Shown here: in pieces, positions 26,201 through 34,607 of the stretch
How positions within the stretch are numbered: position 1 is the first letter of the stretch
Layout of the letters: each line of letters begins with the position of its first letter
Translations under genes and position numbers: made by a program
DNA from: a virus
DNA: 64,000 nucleotides
IMG/VR virus record: IMGVR_UViG_3300036884_000495
Span: 53,625-117,624 of that record
Reading direction: 5' to 3' (one strand)
Notes under the pieces: model-generated
Told to the model about the DNA's origin: nothing
Database searches by the model: none
What the model saw: only the letters and a program-made list of their open reading frames with translations

Positions 26201-28863
26201 GCGACCGCGGGAAGCAACCCAAAGGACTCCTTCTTCAAATCGCGGGGAGTAGCCCGAAGGAGGGCTTCTTCCAAAGTACGCTGCTCTCACGTCGCCAAGA
26301 CATGACGATGCGCGGGACGATCACCCCGGAGCCCGGACTCGGTCTCGATAGCGTGGGCCTGCCGGAGAAGAAGGCGCTCGACTTGTTCCGCCCCTTCGTC
26401 GTCAAGAAGCTGATTGATATGGGTGCTGCAAACACGCCACGCGAAGCACACACGCTCTTGGCGGAGCCGGGCAAGAAAGACCCGATGGTCTACAAGGCCC
26501 TCGACCACGTGATGGCGGAGCGGCCTGTGCTCCTCAAGCGCGACCCGTCGCTGCATAAGCATAGCGTCCAAGCGTTCTGGTCCCAACGTGTAGGTGGAAA
26601 GGCGATACAGATACACCCCCTGGTTACAGGTGGGTTCGGGGCGGACTTTGATGGGGACAGTATGGCTGTGTATGTCCCAATCGGGAAGGAAGCCGTAGAA
26701 GAAGCGAAGAAAATGCTGCCCTCGGCGAACATCTATAACGAGGCGAGCGGCAAGGTGATGTACCAACCGACGTTGGAGTCAAGTCTTGGCCTATTCAAGT
26801 TATCGCGCGTCACGGGAGATGGCAAGCAGAAGTTCGACTCGCATGCGGACCTGCTCAAGGCTGCGCAGACGGGCGCACTAAAGGTTACTGACAAGGCCGA
26901 GGTGAACGGTAAGGCGACAACTGCAGGGCGCATCATGTTGGCCGCTGCGCTGCCTGATGCCTTCCACACGGACATCATGCACAACCTCGATATGCGCCTG
27001 AATAAGAAGGGCGTCGACAAGCTGTATACGACGGTGGCGAAGGAGCACACGCACGACTTCGCGGATGTCTCCTCGAGGTTGATGCGCCTGGGATACGACG
27101 CCTCCTTCGGCGCCATCAAGATTCAGAACCCCAATACGGCGGGAACCGCGGGCGCTGTGGAGAAGGAAGGCGAGAACCCGAAGGGGCACGTACAGTTCCT
27201 GGCTATGGGAACGCACTCCCTTAGTTTGGCCGACTTCACTCCAGACAAGGCGACGCGAGACCCTATCGTGGCGGCTACGCAGACGCAGGTAAACAGCATC
27301 AACGCGCGCAGGGACATCGGAGACAAAGAGAAGGAGCATCACGTGAAGGAGGCGTGGTTCGACGCCACAGAGAAGATGGTGAAGGAGCACGATGCCAAGA
27401 TGGAGAAGCAGCCAAACAACCTGTTCCTCATGCAGCAGGCCGGCGTGAAGCCCTCCCCAGACCAGTACAGGCAGCTGCGCCTCGCGCCCATGCTGATGGT
27501 TGACAGCCTGAACAAAGTCATCGCCAAGCCTGTGACCAAGAGTTACTCCGAGGGCCTCGATGTGGGCTCCTACTGGTCTCAGATGTCTGGTGCCCGGCGC
27601 GGCTCGGTGCTCAAGGTGCAAGAAGTGCAGGAGCCTGGGTACTTCACCAAGCAGCTGATGAACACCACCATGGGCATACAAGTCACGACGCCCGACTGCG
27701 GGACCTCGCAAGGTTTGCACATACCCGTGCATTCGCAGGACATCTTCGATCGCACGTTGGCGCAGGACCACACGTTCGGCGGCGTGACCTATGCGAAGGA
27801 TTCCATCATCACCCCACAGGTGGCATCAGCCATCAAGTCGGCAGACAAGAATGCCACGCTGCTCGTCCGATCCACGATGAAGTGTGAGCATGGCAACGGC
27901 GTTTGCCAGAAGTGCGCAGGACTTTCCCCCACAGGGCAGCACTACGACATCGGCACGAACGTGGGCGTACTTGCTACGCAAGCCCTCGGTGAACGCGCCA
28001 CGCAACTCACACTCAAAGCCTTTCACTCAGGAGGCCTCGCCACGCGCGGGCCCAGTATGGTCAACAGCTTCCTTCGCGTGCAGCAGCTGACGTCGCTGCC
28101 GAAGGAGATCCCCAACGCCGCACGATTGGCAGAGAGGGACGGCACCATCGAAAAGATCGAGGAAGATCCCACAGGGCACATCGCATACATTGGGGGCGTC
28201 GCACACCATATCCCCAACGACCAATTCGGTAACCCGTTGTTCAAGCCACCACCCGGTGAGACAGAGACAGAGGGCCCAGGAGGCCTGAAGTGGGGCGGTA
28301 TCCAGGTGGGCATGAAGGTAAAGGCGGGGCAGTCTTTGACCGATCCCTCGCGTACGGACATCAATCCCCACGACCTTTATCGCGTGACGGGTAATATGTC
28401 AGAAGTGCAGAACCAGATGGTGACCGAACTCCACGACATCTACGGGCGCGAAGGCGTGCGTAGGCAGAACGTAGAGACGGCCATGCGTGGGCTGGGAGAC
28501 CTCACAAGAGTCGTGGATTCTGGCGACCACGAGCACTTGGTCAAAGGACAGTTCACGTCGAGAGCCGCAGTGCAGGTGGCGAACAAGGAGCTTGTAGCGA
28601 ATGGGCTACAGCCGGTGCAGCACACGCCTATACTCAAGGGCATCGAAGTGATGCCGCTCGAAATACAAGAAGACTGGATGGCGAAGTTGAATCACCAGCG
28701 TCTACGTACTAGCCTGCAGGAAAGCGCTTCCCTTGGAGCCGCCTCTAACCTCCACGGCACAAACCCAGTAAGCGGCATGGCGTACGGCGCTCAATTCGGC
28801 ATGACCCAAAAAGATAAGTACGTCCACCCAGAGCTCAAAGACGTGCCGAACTACGCCTACTAA
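20230..28863 (+). CDS. rpoBC: Fused beta-beta' multisubunit-type RNA polymerase with two inteins (about 2160 aa after splicing)
   Basis: beta motifs TPEG, GYNFEDG, GDKIAGRYGNKG, LNP/CGIPGRMNMGQ, GGQSMG; beta' motifs LPVIPPLMRP, VLLKRDPSLH, GADFDGD, bridge helix GARRG...PGYFTKQL, trigger loop QALGERATQLTLKAFHSGG, all in one frame. Confidence 0.95.
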   Translation: MAYLDPKQAFADLKTNVLEGLEAHFPITGTKQSVHLEGLDVRENKHDVGDLQAQHQTKLDGGSWGAPVYGTLALKNNETGAVIDRKTIKLADLPQMTQRHSYIVDGQEYQVDSQWRLKQGAYTRRRDNGQLETQFNTLGKKGFDITFNPENKVFSMTRGSSENIPVYTLMKHLGVDDTSLEKSWGKDILDANKSARGVNTALDRFYKADKKRAPATPDEAKQHFIDSMLGAKLRPDSTEITLGKPYTHVNGDVFHAATTKMIGVQRGDIPEDQRDSLVFKDLRTVADIAKDQLTNFNTVSAMKKRVGRKINTATSVREVVRSDMLSAPVRSAFTGNSLSRVADQVNPVEMITSSFQTTITGPGGIQSDHQISETAKLISPSHIGFLDPAHTPEGCFDECTEVFTSSGWVPWPSVTQATYFACLVDDRLEFHLSSELQDYEYSGRMYGLRKPGFEYLVTPNHRMLCRPLDDGTVYRVVRADEMHEKPRFFKAGHEPYVGQNAARYALPYVPGNNSSKNVADVDFGDWAEFVGWFLSEGSCRYEESSSAYMIKVFQSEINTACCRRIEALLDRLGFTWCLSEREHGRNVYTVATKQLAWYMRQLGTGPFDKHMLPEMHDWPVHARYRLMESLMLGDGRLNHTHKKAKQQGYAYTTTSPALALDVERVIISLGWAAHICRYEDKREERYKDVYEVRLLLHKESSTRMSSRRRGECPYYTLDYSGRVYCATVPGSFLYVRRNGKHPIWLGNSKTGVTSHLPLFVTKEGNRPMIPVFNLKTQQMDRIDPVTFHNSKVVMPDQVTWDKNKPTAVANTITISSKGNELADGTLKGSDYVMRHPSQLFSLTTNLIPFLNNNSGNRVSYATHHIEQAISLHDRDAPLVQVGTGRQDGIKTFEDLVGRQSAHTSPTAGTVTAITANHIMVTGKDGEKKIGIYNNFPLNDPKSVLHSTPVVKVGDQVTAGQLVADNNFTRNGTLALGKNLRVAFVPLKGYNFEDGVVISETGAQKMSSEHMHKPSTILGPGTITGLDKYKALHPTGFERDQLAKLGDDGIVRIGQIVQPGDPLVVASKPYESKGSMSLSRIRKSLSAQNMDASLAWKTDHPGEVVGVHQDDKGNVTVHVKTIEPMQVGDKIAGRYGNKGIITAVVPDHEMPHTIDDKGVKSPIEMALNPCYDDQTEFLTKRGWVLGKDLQDHDFLGTVNPQTFCLEYQRPVEGISRQQYKGKMYFLQNRELELCVTPNHRNFVATRCTDALGVLDLEYLPEGLFRLEEARSHFGRARRFLKTARWAGVDPGVIVIRAGTQRLTGPKQSSLTIASADFAEFMGWYISEGYCSYNKASGAYGINICQARAANPKKHAKIEGLLMRLGLAYTVRDTEFQVRHKGLYEYLRPLGLCADKYIPEDIQQLPPALLRIFLDTYLAGDGNTRYEPARGHYNTRRFTTTSSRLVDDLQIVALKLGLVVNKHKPTTRKNKPGAPCFDSAVGSRNKAPWANWSEDTKENQVEAWVDYSGVVYCAEVPNHTLVTRRGGTVVVSGNCGIPGRMNMGQVLETAAAKIAHKTGQTYIVNNFEHGVDALDKVKKELKAHGLSDTEVLHDPMSGQELGPALVGMQHILKLNFQIDKKVSTRSGMPLDGAEAEHYDADTLIPSGGGKTGGQSMGNLGMYSMLAHGATANIREMQTWKSEGADRKERWDSPHHEIWNAIQNGDIPPPPKKTFAFQKFEDTLRAAGIDVQKKGHQMLLTPLTNQQVLKMSKGELPEPGYVTFAKPDANGEPTTRKGGLFDPVLTGGHGGKNWTHIALPEPVPNPVFENAIQRITGLTKKEYTDVTTGEKAISKDTGKIVPLGTKNAIAGGAGIAHILGQMDVKEELAKAQKSLDSYNIPDNIAHREGTQEIDKRSKKVRYLTALDNAGIHPKDAYVLTNLPVIPPLMRPSSFLPSGDVNHADVNQLYAAIGDISGAMKDKNYKFLSDHDKKIDRANMYDGVKALMGVGENWGDRGKQPKGLLLQIAGSSPKEGFFQSTLLSRRQDMTMRGTITPEPGLGLDSVGLPEKKALDLFRPFVVKKLIDMGAANTPREAHTLLAEPGKKDPMVYKALDHVMAERPVLLKRDPSLHKHSVQAFWSQRVGGKAIQIHPLVTGGFGADFDGDSMAVYVPIGKEAVEEAKKMLPSANIYNEASGKVMYQPTLESSLGLFKLSRVTGDGKQKFDSHADLLKAAQTGALKVTDKAEVNGKATTAGRIMLAAALPDAFHTDIMHNLDMRLNKKGVDKLYTTVAKEHTHDFADVSSRLMRLGYDASFGAIKIQNPNTAGTAGAVEKEGENPKGHVQFLAMGTHSLSLADFTPDKATRDPIVAATQTQVNSINARRDIGDKEKEHHVKEAWFDATEKMVKEHDAKMEKQPNNLFLMQQAGVKPSPDQYRQLRLAPMLMVDSLNKVIAKPVTKSYSEGLDVGSYWSQMSGARRGSVLKVQEVQEPGYFTKQLMNTTMGIQVTTPDCGTSQGLHIPVHSQDIFDRTLAQDHTFGGVTYAKDSIITPQVASAIKSADKNATLLVRSTMKCEHGNGVCQKCAGLSPTGQHYDIGTNVGVLATQALGERATQLTLKAFHSGGLATRGPSMVNSFLRVQQLTSLPKEIPNAARLAERDGTIEKIEEDPTGHIAYIGGVAHHIPNDQFGNPLFKPPPGETETEGPGGLKWGGIQVGMKVKAGQSLTDPSRTDINPHDLYRVTGNMSEVQNQMVTELHDIYGREGVRRQNVETAMRGLGDLTRVVDSGDHEHLVKGQFTSRAAVQVANKELVANGLQPVQHTPILKGIEVMPLEIQEDWMAKLNHQRLRTSLQESASLGAASNLHGTNPVSGMAYGAQFGMTQKDKYVHPELKDVPNYAY
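21412..22470 (+). mobile_element. Intein 1 of RNA polymerase, LAGLIDADG type (353 aa)
   Basis: Inserted after TPEG; begins CFDECTEV, VTPNH, GWFLSEG, LMLGDG; ends WLGN followed by S. Confidence 0.92.
23734..24825 (+). mobile_element. Intein 2 of RNA polymerase, LAGLIDADG type (364 aa)
   Basis: Inserted after ALNP; begins CYDDQTEF, VTPNH, GWYISEG, YLAGDG; ends VSGN followed by C. Confidence 0.92.
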
Positions 28864-30174
28864 ATGTCCAAGAACATCACCAGTCCGAAGACCAACACGA
28901 AGTCCCCGATGGAGCGCACAAGCATGCGCACCTCGTGGACGCAACCTGCAGGGGGCACCGCCGCCTTCATCCACGAGGCGCGGGTTGTGGACTACAACTT
29001 GGTGACGTGGACGGTGGACGTGCGCACGCAGTACGACCAGAAGTTCTATCCGAACATCCAGGTGGGCGGCCCGTACATGCACCCGAATCGTGGTGAGGGC
29101 TTCTATGCGATGCCGGACATCAACGCCAAGTGCCTGGTGTGCATTCCCAGCGACGGTCCGCCGCCATACATCTTCACGTTCATCATGCCGATGGAGACGC
29201 CAGAGGATCCGGCGGGCAGCACCGCCACTACTGCGGCAGCCACGACGGCCGCACAGAGCGCAACGGCGCAAGCCGGAGCAAGCCAAGGTGCTGTGTTCTC
29301 CGGTGGGCGTACACGGGCAAAGCCTGGTGACATGGTTTGGAAGGGCCGCGATGGCAACTTCGTAGTCCTACACCGAGGCGGCGTCCTGCAGATTGGATCA
29401 ACGGAACTCGCACAACGAATCTACATCCCGCTCGGGAACATCATCACGGACATCAGCCAGAACTACGAGCACCATAACTCTGGGGGCTCAATCAACTGGG
29501 GGCTGTCTTCCAGCTACACGGACGACAACGCAGAAACGTCCTTCCTCCAGACGTTTCGAACGTTTGTGAACAACGACATGGCCGACGTGCGCGTAGCCAT
29601 AGGCTACGTCCACCAACCGGTGCCGGAGCCGCCGGGCGGAGAGGCGGCGAACAATGCGGGCATGAACATCGGTGTGGATGCAAATGGGGACGGCACCATC
29701 GTCGCCGAGTTTGTGATCGCCCCCGGAGGCTTCACAACCGAATCGGGAGCACCCACAGGGGACGCCGCGAAGCTGTCGGTCATCCGACTGTTCTTCGACT
29801 CGAATGGCGGCGCATTCCTGCGCGCACAAGCGAGCCTGAACGTGCGCGTAGGCAAGAAGCTACGTCTCGCTGTGAATGACCTCGTGGTCGAAGCAGACAA
29901 CAACATCCAGATGTCCGCGAAAGGATCTGCGCGCATAGCGGGTGCCGCCGGCGTACAGATCACAGCGGCTTCTGGTGCCGTTGTACTCAATGGCGGCGGT
30001 TCGCCCGTGGCCGTTGTGGGGTCCGCGGTAGATGTACTTATCTCCATGCCGATCCCAATCAGCGTAATGGTGGGCACGACGCCGACGACTGGCGTGATCC
30101 TTGGCGGCGCGAAGCTGACAGGGTTTGTAGTGAGCGGATCTCCAACAGTGCTCGCACCCGGACCGGGGGGTTGA
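28864..30174 (+). CDS. Putative baseplate central spike protein (gp5/GpV-like) with PAAR-like C-terminus
   Basis: N-terminal OB-fold-like segment (YAMPDINAKCLV), PGDMVWKGRDGN, beta-strand repeats, terminal GSPVAVVGS...SGSPTVL. Confidence 0.6.
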   Translation: MSKNITSPKTNTKSPMERTSMRTSWTQPAGGTAAFIHEARVVDYNLVTWTVDVRTQYDQKFYPNIQVGGPYMHPNRGEGFYAMPDINAKCLVCIPSDGPPPYIFTFIMPMETPEDPAGSTATTAAATTAAQSATAQAGASQGAVFSGGRTRAKPGDMVWKGRDGNFVVLHRGGVLQIGSTELAQRIYIPLGNIITDISQNYEHHNSGGSINWGLSSSYTDDNAETSFLQTFRTFVNNDMADVRVAIGYVHQPVPEPPGGEAANNAGMNIGVDANGDGTIVAEFVIAPGGFTTESGAPTGDAAKLSVIRLFFDSNGGAFLRAQASLNVRVGKKLRLAVNDLVVEADNNIQMSAKGSARIAGAAGVQITAASGAVVLNGGGSPVAVVGSAVDVLISMPIPISVMVGTTPTTGVILGGAKLTGFVVSGSPTVLAPGPGG

Positions 30175-30175
30175 T

Positions 30176-30808
30176 ATGGCAGTAGGTACCCCAAAGAGTG
30201 GGACGCTCGGTGCGTTCAACGTGGGTTTGGCTACAAGCGTGGCGACACTGGTGCCTCTGGGCGCGCAGGTGGACGCGCTCATTGCTGCGGGCATCGGACC
30301 CTTTCAAGAAGACCTAAGCGCGCGCTTGAATGCTGCCGTAAGTGCGTCGGCGACTCTGAGTGTCGCAGTAGGGAATCCGTTTGCAGGCATTCAATCCGTA
30401 CTGATGTCGCTGTCGGGCATTCAGCAGGCGCTTCAATTGGCGCTCCAGTACCCCACCCCCACGCTGCAGTACAGCGAGCAACTCAGTACGCTGATGGCGC
30501 TGTCTGGAACACTGGCCGCGGAGTTGGGCGCACTTCAGCAGGTGATACAACAGTCCAACCAGATAAAGACGGCGGCGCTGCGAGGCGCAGCTGACTTATC
30601 CGCAGGCGTCAACGCCGGCCCTGCCTTTTTCTTCGACTTCAATGGTTCGCTAGGAGCAGTGGGTGGCGAGCTTGCTAGCCTCTGTGTCGGCGGGCTTATT
30701 GACGGCACCAATACAATAACCCCAACGCAGCAGGTTTACGGGATCGTGCTTCTGAGCTCCGTACCTTCTGTTCAAACCGCACTAAGTGCAATAATCAAGG
30801 CACCATGA
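30176..30808 (+). CDS. Hypothetical helical protein, likely virion component
   Basis: Ala/Leu/Ser-rich 210-aa ORF coupled to the spike gene. Confidence 0.65.
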   Translation: MAVGTPKSGTLGAFNVGLATSVATLVPLGAQVDALIAAGIGPFQEDLSARLNAAVSASATLSVAVGNPFAGIQSVLMSLSGIQQALQLALQYPTPTLQYSEQLSTLMALSGTLAAELGALQQVIQQSNQIKTAALRGAADLSAGVNAGPAFFFDFNGSLGAVGGELASLCVGGLIDGTNTITPTQQVYGIVLLSSVPSVQTALSAIIKAP

Positions 30809-32910
30809 GCAACGCGCAGCACCTGTTCTTCCAGCCTGATACCGCCTTTGTCGAGAAGACCGCGGGCGAGGTTGACCTTCCTGACGATCCAAATCAATGG
30901 GCGCAGGTGATTCTCCAAGAACTGTACAAGCAGGTGCCGTACATCACGGACTACCAGCCGCACGTGCAGATGGAGCGCACCGATGCAGAGCGCGGGTACG
31001 GACTCGGACACGTGGAGATCCAGAACCAGACGGAGGCTCCACAAGAGACCCCGCAGGATCAACTGGATGCCGCCGGTGTTCGTACCGTGCGCATTCCCTT
31101 CGTTGTACGCGAGAAGAAGTTGTCGCCGTTCGACCTTTTGATCAACGACACAGGCGCTGTGATTCCTCTCACGGAGAACCGCCTTCGCCAGGCCCTCTTC
31201 CGACCGCAGGCCTTCGACGTCACCAGCCGTACGCCCGGCGACCAAAGCATGATCGGTCAGCTCTATCCTCCGTACCGTCAGAACTACGGATTCGGCGGTG
31301 GCGGTATGGCCATGAACGCCGCAGGCGGCATGGGCATCGGCAAAGTCGGGCATGTAACTGCCTTGGAGCAGTTTCTCACGCCTAAGACTGCGGCAGCCGC
31401 GGCTCCCTGCGCATCTGCTGTAAAGAAGCCGGTGGGTGTGGTGAAGCATGGTTCGATCCTCGAAGCCATTCTTCCGACGCTCGATGAGAACGACCGCGCG
31501 CGGTTGGTGGACGAAGTCACCAAGCAGGCACAAGCCTTGTTCGCGCGATCCTCTATTGGGTCTTCTCGCTTTCAAGATGCCGTGTCGTTGGTGCTTGATG
31601 GCGAAGAGAGCGTGAAGAGCGCGGCGTGGGAGCAGTGGCTCAAGGCCGACGTCGTCCAAGTGCAGAAGGTGGCTTCGGGCTACCGTGTGAAGACGGCAAG
31701 CCACCGCTATTGGGATCCGCAAGTATCCGTCGTCGATCGCGGGGATGTGGTCCGCGCATATGGGGCGGAAGTTGCCCTGAACACCGACCTCACGGGCTGC
31801 TGCACGGTTGCAAGCGGCCTCACAAAGATGGCTTCAGAAGAAGCTGTCGTGCCTCCGAGCATCGTCAAGGAACCCGGCGCTTACAAAGTAATGGATTCCA
31901 ACGGGCAGGAGCATGTGGGCTACGTAGTGCCGACGCTTATCAGCGCAGGTGACTTCGAGTTGCCTATCTCGCTCTTCACCAATGGGAGCGTAGTCGCCAT
32001 TCAGAGTGAGATCTACGGGGTGCCCGCGGGCGATATCAGTCTCCCCTTCGGCCCCATCGGGCATAGCGGCGCGTTCTACACGATGGGTGGTTCGGGTGTG
32101 CGCATGCTGTCGCCCGTGGAGCTGCAGGACTCCATCACGCTCGAGGGCCAACCGCGCACGTACAACGGAACGACCTTCGAGGGGTCACCCATTCAGATCT
32201 CCATCCAAGACAACATCACGGACATCACGCCCGTGTCTGAGGGGCGCGTGCTCATTCCCACCTCGTGGAAGTGGCTGGCGCTCGATGGTGCGCAACACAT
32301 TACCCTCGTGAATGGGGACGCAGCGACAGCGTTGCATCCAGAGAACAAGCTCGCCAACGTGTCCGTGATCTCCGACGGCATGTCCTTCTCTCTGGAAGGC
32401 GTTCCGCTGCAGAAGATTGCGAACGACCAAAAGCGCTTCCTCAACTTGGACGACGCCATGTTCCTGCTCGCAGGACTCGGCGTGGACCCGCACTACGGCA
32501 CGCAGAAGCTTGCAGAAGCCATCGCGTACAAGGCGCCTGCGATCATCAAGATTGCACGCGTTGTGGAACGCAAAGAGGACCTCTTCGAGAAGGCGATGGA
32601 CAAGGCCGCAGGAGTCATCGCGTCGGTCGCGGGACTACAGCAGCCACTTCTTCTGAAGGAAGCCGCGAGCTTCCCCGACCCTCAGATGGTGGACACTGTC
32701 CTCAGTCTCGGATTCATCAACCCCGAGAACATCATGACGTTCGTCAGCTACCTGCCCGATCTAGAAGACGCGCAGGAGAAACTCTGCGAACTTCTATTCG
32801 GTGTGCGCCTAGGTTTGTCGAACGTTCCCCAGTCCGCAGTAGAACGCGGCGTGCGTTCTATCGAAGAAGTGATTGAAGGCCTGAAGATTCTCGGCTTCCA
32901 AGGTTCTTGA
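30805..32910 (+). CDS. Putative head/inner-core protein rich in KxA motifs (701 aa)
   Basis: KTAG, KTAA, KQAQ, KSAA, KVAS, KTAS, KMAS, KLAN, KIAN, KLAE, KIAR, KAAG, KEAA. Confidence 0.7.
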   Translation: MSNAQHLFFQPDTAFVEKTAGEVDLPDDPNQWAQVILQELYKQVPYITDYQPHVQMERTDAERGYGLGHVEIQNQTEAPQETPQDQLDAAGVRTVRIPFVVREKKLSPFDLLINDTGAVIPLTENRLRQALFRPQAFDVTSRTPGDQSMIGQLYPPYRQNYGFGGGGMAMNAAGGMGIGKVGHVTALEQFLTPKTAAAAAPCASAVKKPVGVVKHGSILEAILPTLDENDRARLVDEVTKQAQALFARSSIGSSRFQDAVSLVLDGEESVKSAAWEQWLKADVVQVQKVASGYRVKTASHRYWDPQVSVVDRGDVVRAYGAEVALNTDLTGCCTVASGLTKMASEEAVVPPSIVKEPGAYKVMDSNGQEHVGYVVPTLISAGDFELPISLFTNGSVVAIQSEIYGVPAGDISLPFGPIGHSGAFYTMGGSGVRMLSPVELQDSITLEGQPRTYNGTTFEGSPIQISIQDNITDITPVSEGRVLIPTSWKWLALDGAQHITLVNGDAATALHPENKLANVSVISDGMSFSLEGVPLQKIANDQKRFLNLDDAMFLLAGLGVDPHYGTQKLAEAIAYKAPAIIKIARVVERKEDLFEKAMDKAAGVIASVAGLQQPLLLKEAASFPDPQMVDTVLSLGFINPENIMTFVSYLPDLEDAQEKLCELLFGVRLGLSNVPQSAVERGVRSIEEVIEGLKILGFQGS

Positions 32911-32943
32911 TCCACAGCGACGTGCATGCGATATGCTCCTTGA

Positions 32944-33873
32944 ATGATCTCAAGGAGCCCCGCCGAGTACTACATAAAGTACATGATGCTTCTTCCGGCT
33001 GCCATGGCAGACGCGGACATCGTGCGCAAGTTGCGCGATCAGCAGCTTGACTACCCTGGTGCGCAGTATCTGAAGCTACTGCGCGCGTCCCTTACGCCCC
33101 CGCAGCCTTTCTACCCCACGGTACAAACGCACGCGCCCTCGTATAGGTTCCTGCAGTACCACCGTGTGCACAAGCTGTTCTTCCCCGATGAACACATGCA
33201 CAAAGCAGCGTGGTTACTGCAGCATCCGCGAGGGAAAGAAGTCATCGAGTCGCTTCTACTTACGGCGGAAACCCCCGAGAAGATTGTGCAGCGACTCGCC
33301 TACTTGGGATTTCAGACGGTGACGGAGCAAGCGGTCGCGTACTACAAGCACTTCTTCTTGAACCCGGAGCTTGTGAGTCCTATGGAGATGGCGGCGTTGA
33401 TCGTCATCCGCGTGGAGGACATACTGCTTGAAGGGGATGACAGGGAGACGCAGATCCGGTACAAGGCAATGAAAAGCGCCATGTACTCGGACCCCCGTTA
33501 CCGCGCCGTGACGTCAGTGAATAAAGAGACGGCCGCCATGGGCCTGCAACTACGCCACGGGGTAACTCCAGATCGTGTGGGGTTCAGTAAGTTGCTGACG
33601 TCCATACAGCAGACAGGGGCGACGGCGGTACTCGAGGCTGTCAACCGAAGGGGGCCCAAGGATGCACAAAACGCACGGGACTATATGTCTGTAGTAGATA
33701 TCGCCTCTCGCACATTGAAAGAGATGGGTGACGGGGATGGGAACTTTAGTAAGGCAATCATAGCCCTCGGTACGGACAAGCGCGAGGTGCCTGGCGTTCT
33801 GCAGATGACAGAGGGTAACTACACAGACGGCGTGAGTACGGGCACAGGAGAGAAAACAAATGCAAGCAAGTGA
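32944..33873 (+). CDS. Hypothetical protein (309 aa) upstream of terminase
   Basis: Long ORF with typical codon use; no recognised motif. Confidence 0.7.
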   Translation: MISRSPAEYYIKYMMLLPAAMADADIVRKLRDQQLDYPGAQYLKLLRASLTPPQPFYPTVQTHAPSYRFLQYHRVHKLFFPDEHMHKAAWLLQHPRGKEVIESLLLTAETPEKIVQRLAYLGFQTVTEQAVAYYKHFFLNPELVSPMEMAALIVIRVEDILLEGDDRETQIRYKAMKSAMYSDPRYRAVTSVNKETAAMGLQLRHGVTPDRVGFSKLLTSIQQTGATAVLEAVNRRGPKDAQNARDYMSVVDIASRTLKEMGDGDGNFSKAIIALGTDKREVPGVLQMTEGNYTDGVSTGTGEKTNASK

Positions 33874-34345
33874 ACAGAACATCGGAATCCTCGGCGTCGA
33901 TGGCAGGGACGACGTACATGAAGCCTTCCAGGGTACGTATGACCCCAACGACCCAAAGCACATGGCGCCCATACCTTTGGAGTTTGTGCCCACGAAGCTT
34001 CGGTACTTCAATGCGGAACACACAGTATCCGGGGGCAACATCGTCATTCACTTCTACGTATCCGATAACGTGCGAACGCAGTGGAAGATGGACTACATCG
34101 AGCACTGGTGGCTGAACGACTTCGCTACCAATATGAGTACGGTGGCGCAGGAGCACTTCGAGGCCACCGTTCCGCGCATCTTGGCGAAGTACACCCACGA
34201 AGCTGCGAGTTGGTGGTTCAGGGCACAGGGGTATGACTATCTTCTCGATGTAGCCGGCTTTCTTCGCGCTTTCTATGAGCGGCTTGACGAAACGATTCAC
34301 TCTTCGCTTCAGCAAGGAGCCGCTGCTCCAGTGGGTACGGCTTGA
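33860..34345 (+). CDS. Hypothetical protein (161 aa)
   Basis: AGGAG upstream, overlaps previous gene, typical codon use. Confidence 0.7.
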   Translation: MQASEQNIGILGVDGRDDVHEAFQGTYDPNDPKHMAPIPLEFVPTKLRYFNAEHTVSGGNIVIHFYVSDNVRTQWKMDYIEHWWLNDFATNMSTVAQEHFEATVPRILAKYTHEAASWWFRAQGYDYLLDVAGFLRAFYERLDETIHSSLQQGAAAPVGTA

Positions 34346-34607
34346 GCGAAAACTCCACACTGGCCTTGCCGATCTTGACGTACTTCGCGAGCCACCCAAC
34401 GTCCAGGGCGGCCGACCGGATGATGCCTCGAACGGTCTTGTGCATGCTGTGTGGCAAGTCCTTGTGGGCCAGCGTGGCCCTGTGCTCGCACTTCTCCGCG
34501 TCGGCTTTGATCGACCAACCCCCGGGGAAGTGCGGACCGGCACTATTCAACCACACCCACACAGCCATCAGCGCCCCTTGTGGGTCGTCGGTTTCTTGAG
34601 GTTCCAT
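34218..34607 (-). CDS. Possible hypothetical protein antisense to the operon
   Basis: Protein-like composition and purine-rich upstream sequence, but overlaps both neighbours; a + strand alternative 34342..34599 exists. Confidence 0.4.
   Translation of the reverse strand: MEPQETDDPQGALMAVWVWLNSAGPHFPGGWSIKADAEKCEHRATLAHKDLPHSMHKTVRGIIRSAALDVGWLAKYVKIGKASVEFSLKPYPLEQRLLAEAKSESFRQAAHRKREESRLHREDSHTPVP

Noticed and set aside
20230-28863. Bacterial chromosomal rpoBC locus
   Set aside because: No flanking ribosomal protein genes, strongly diverged motifs, and neighbours are phage structural genes
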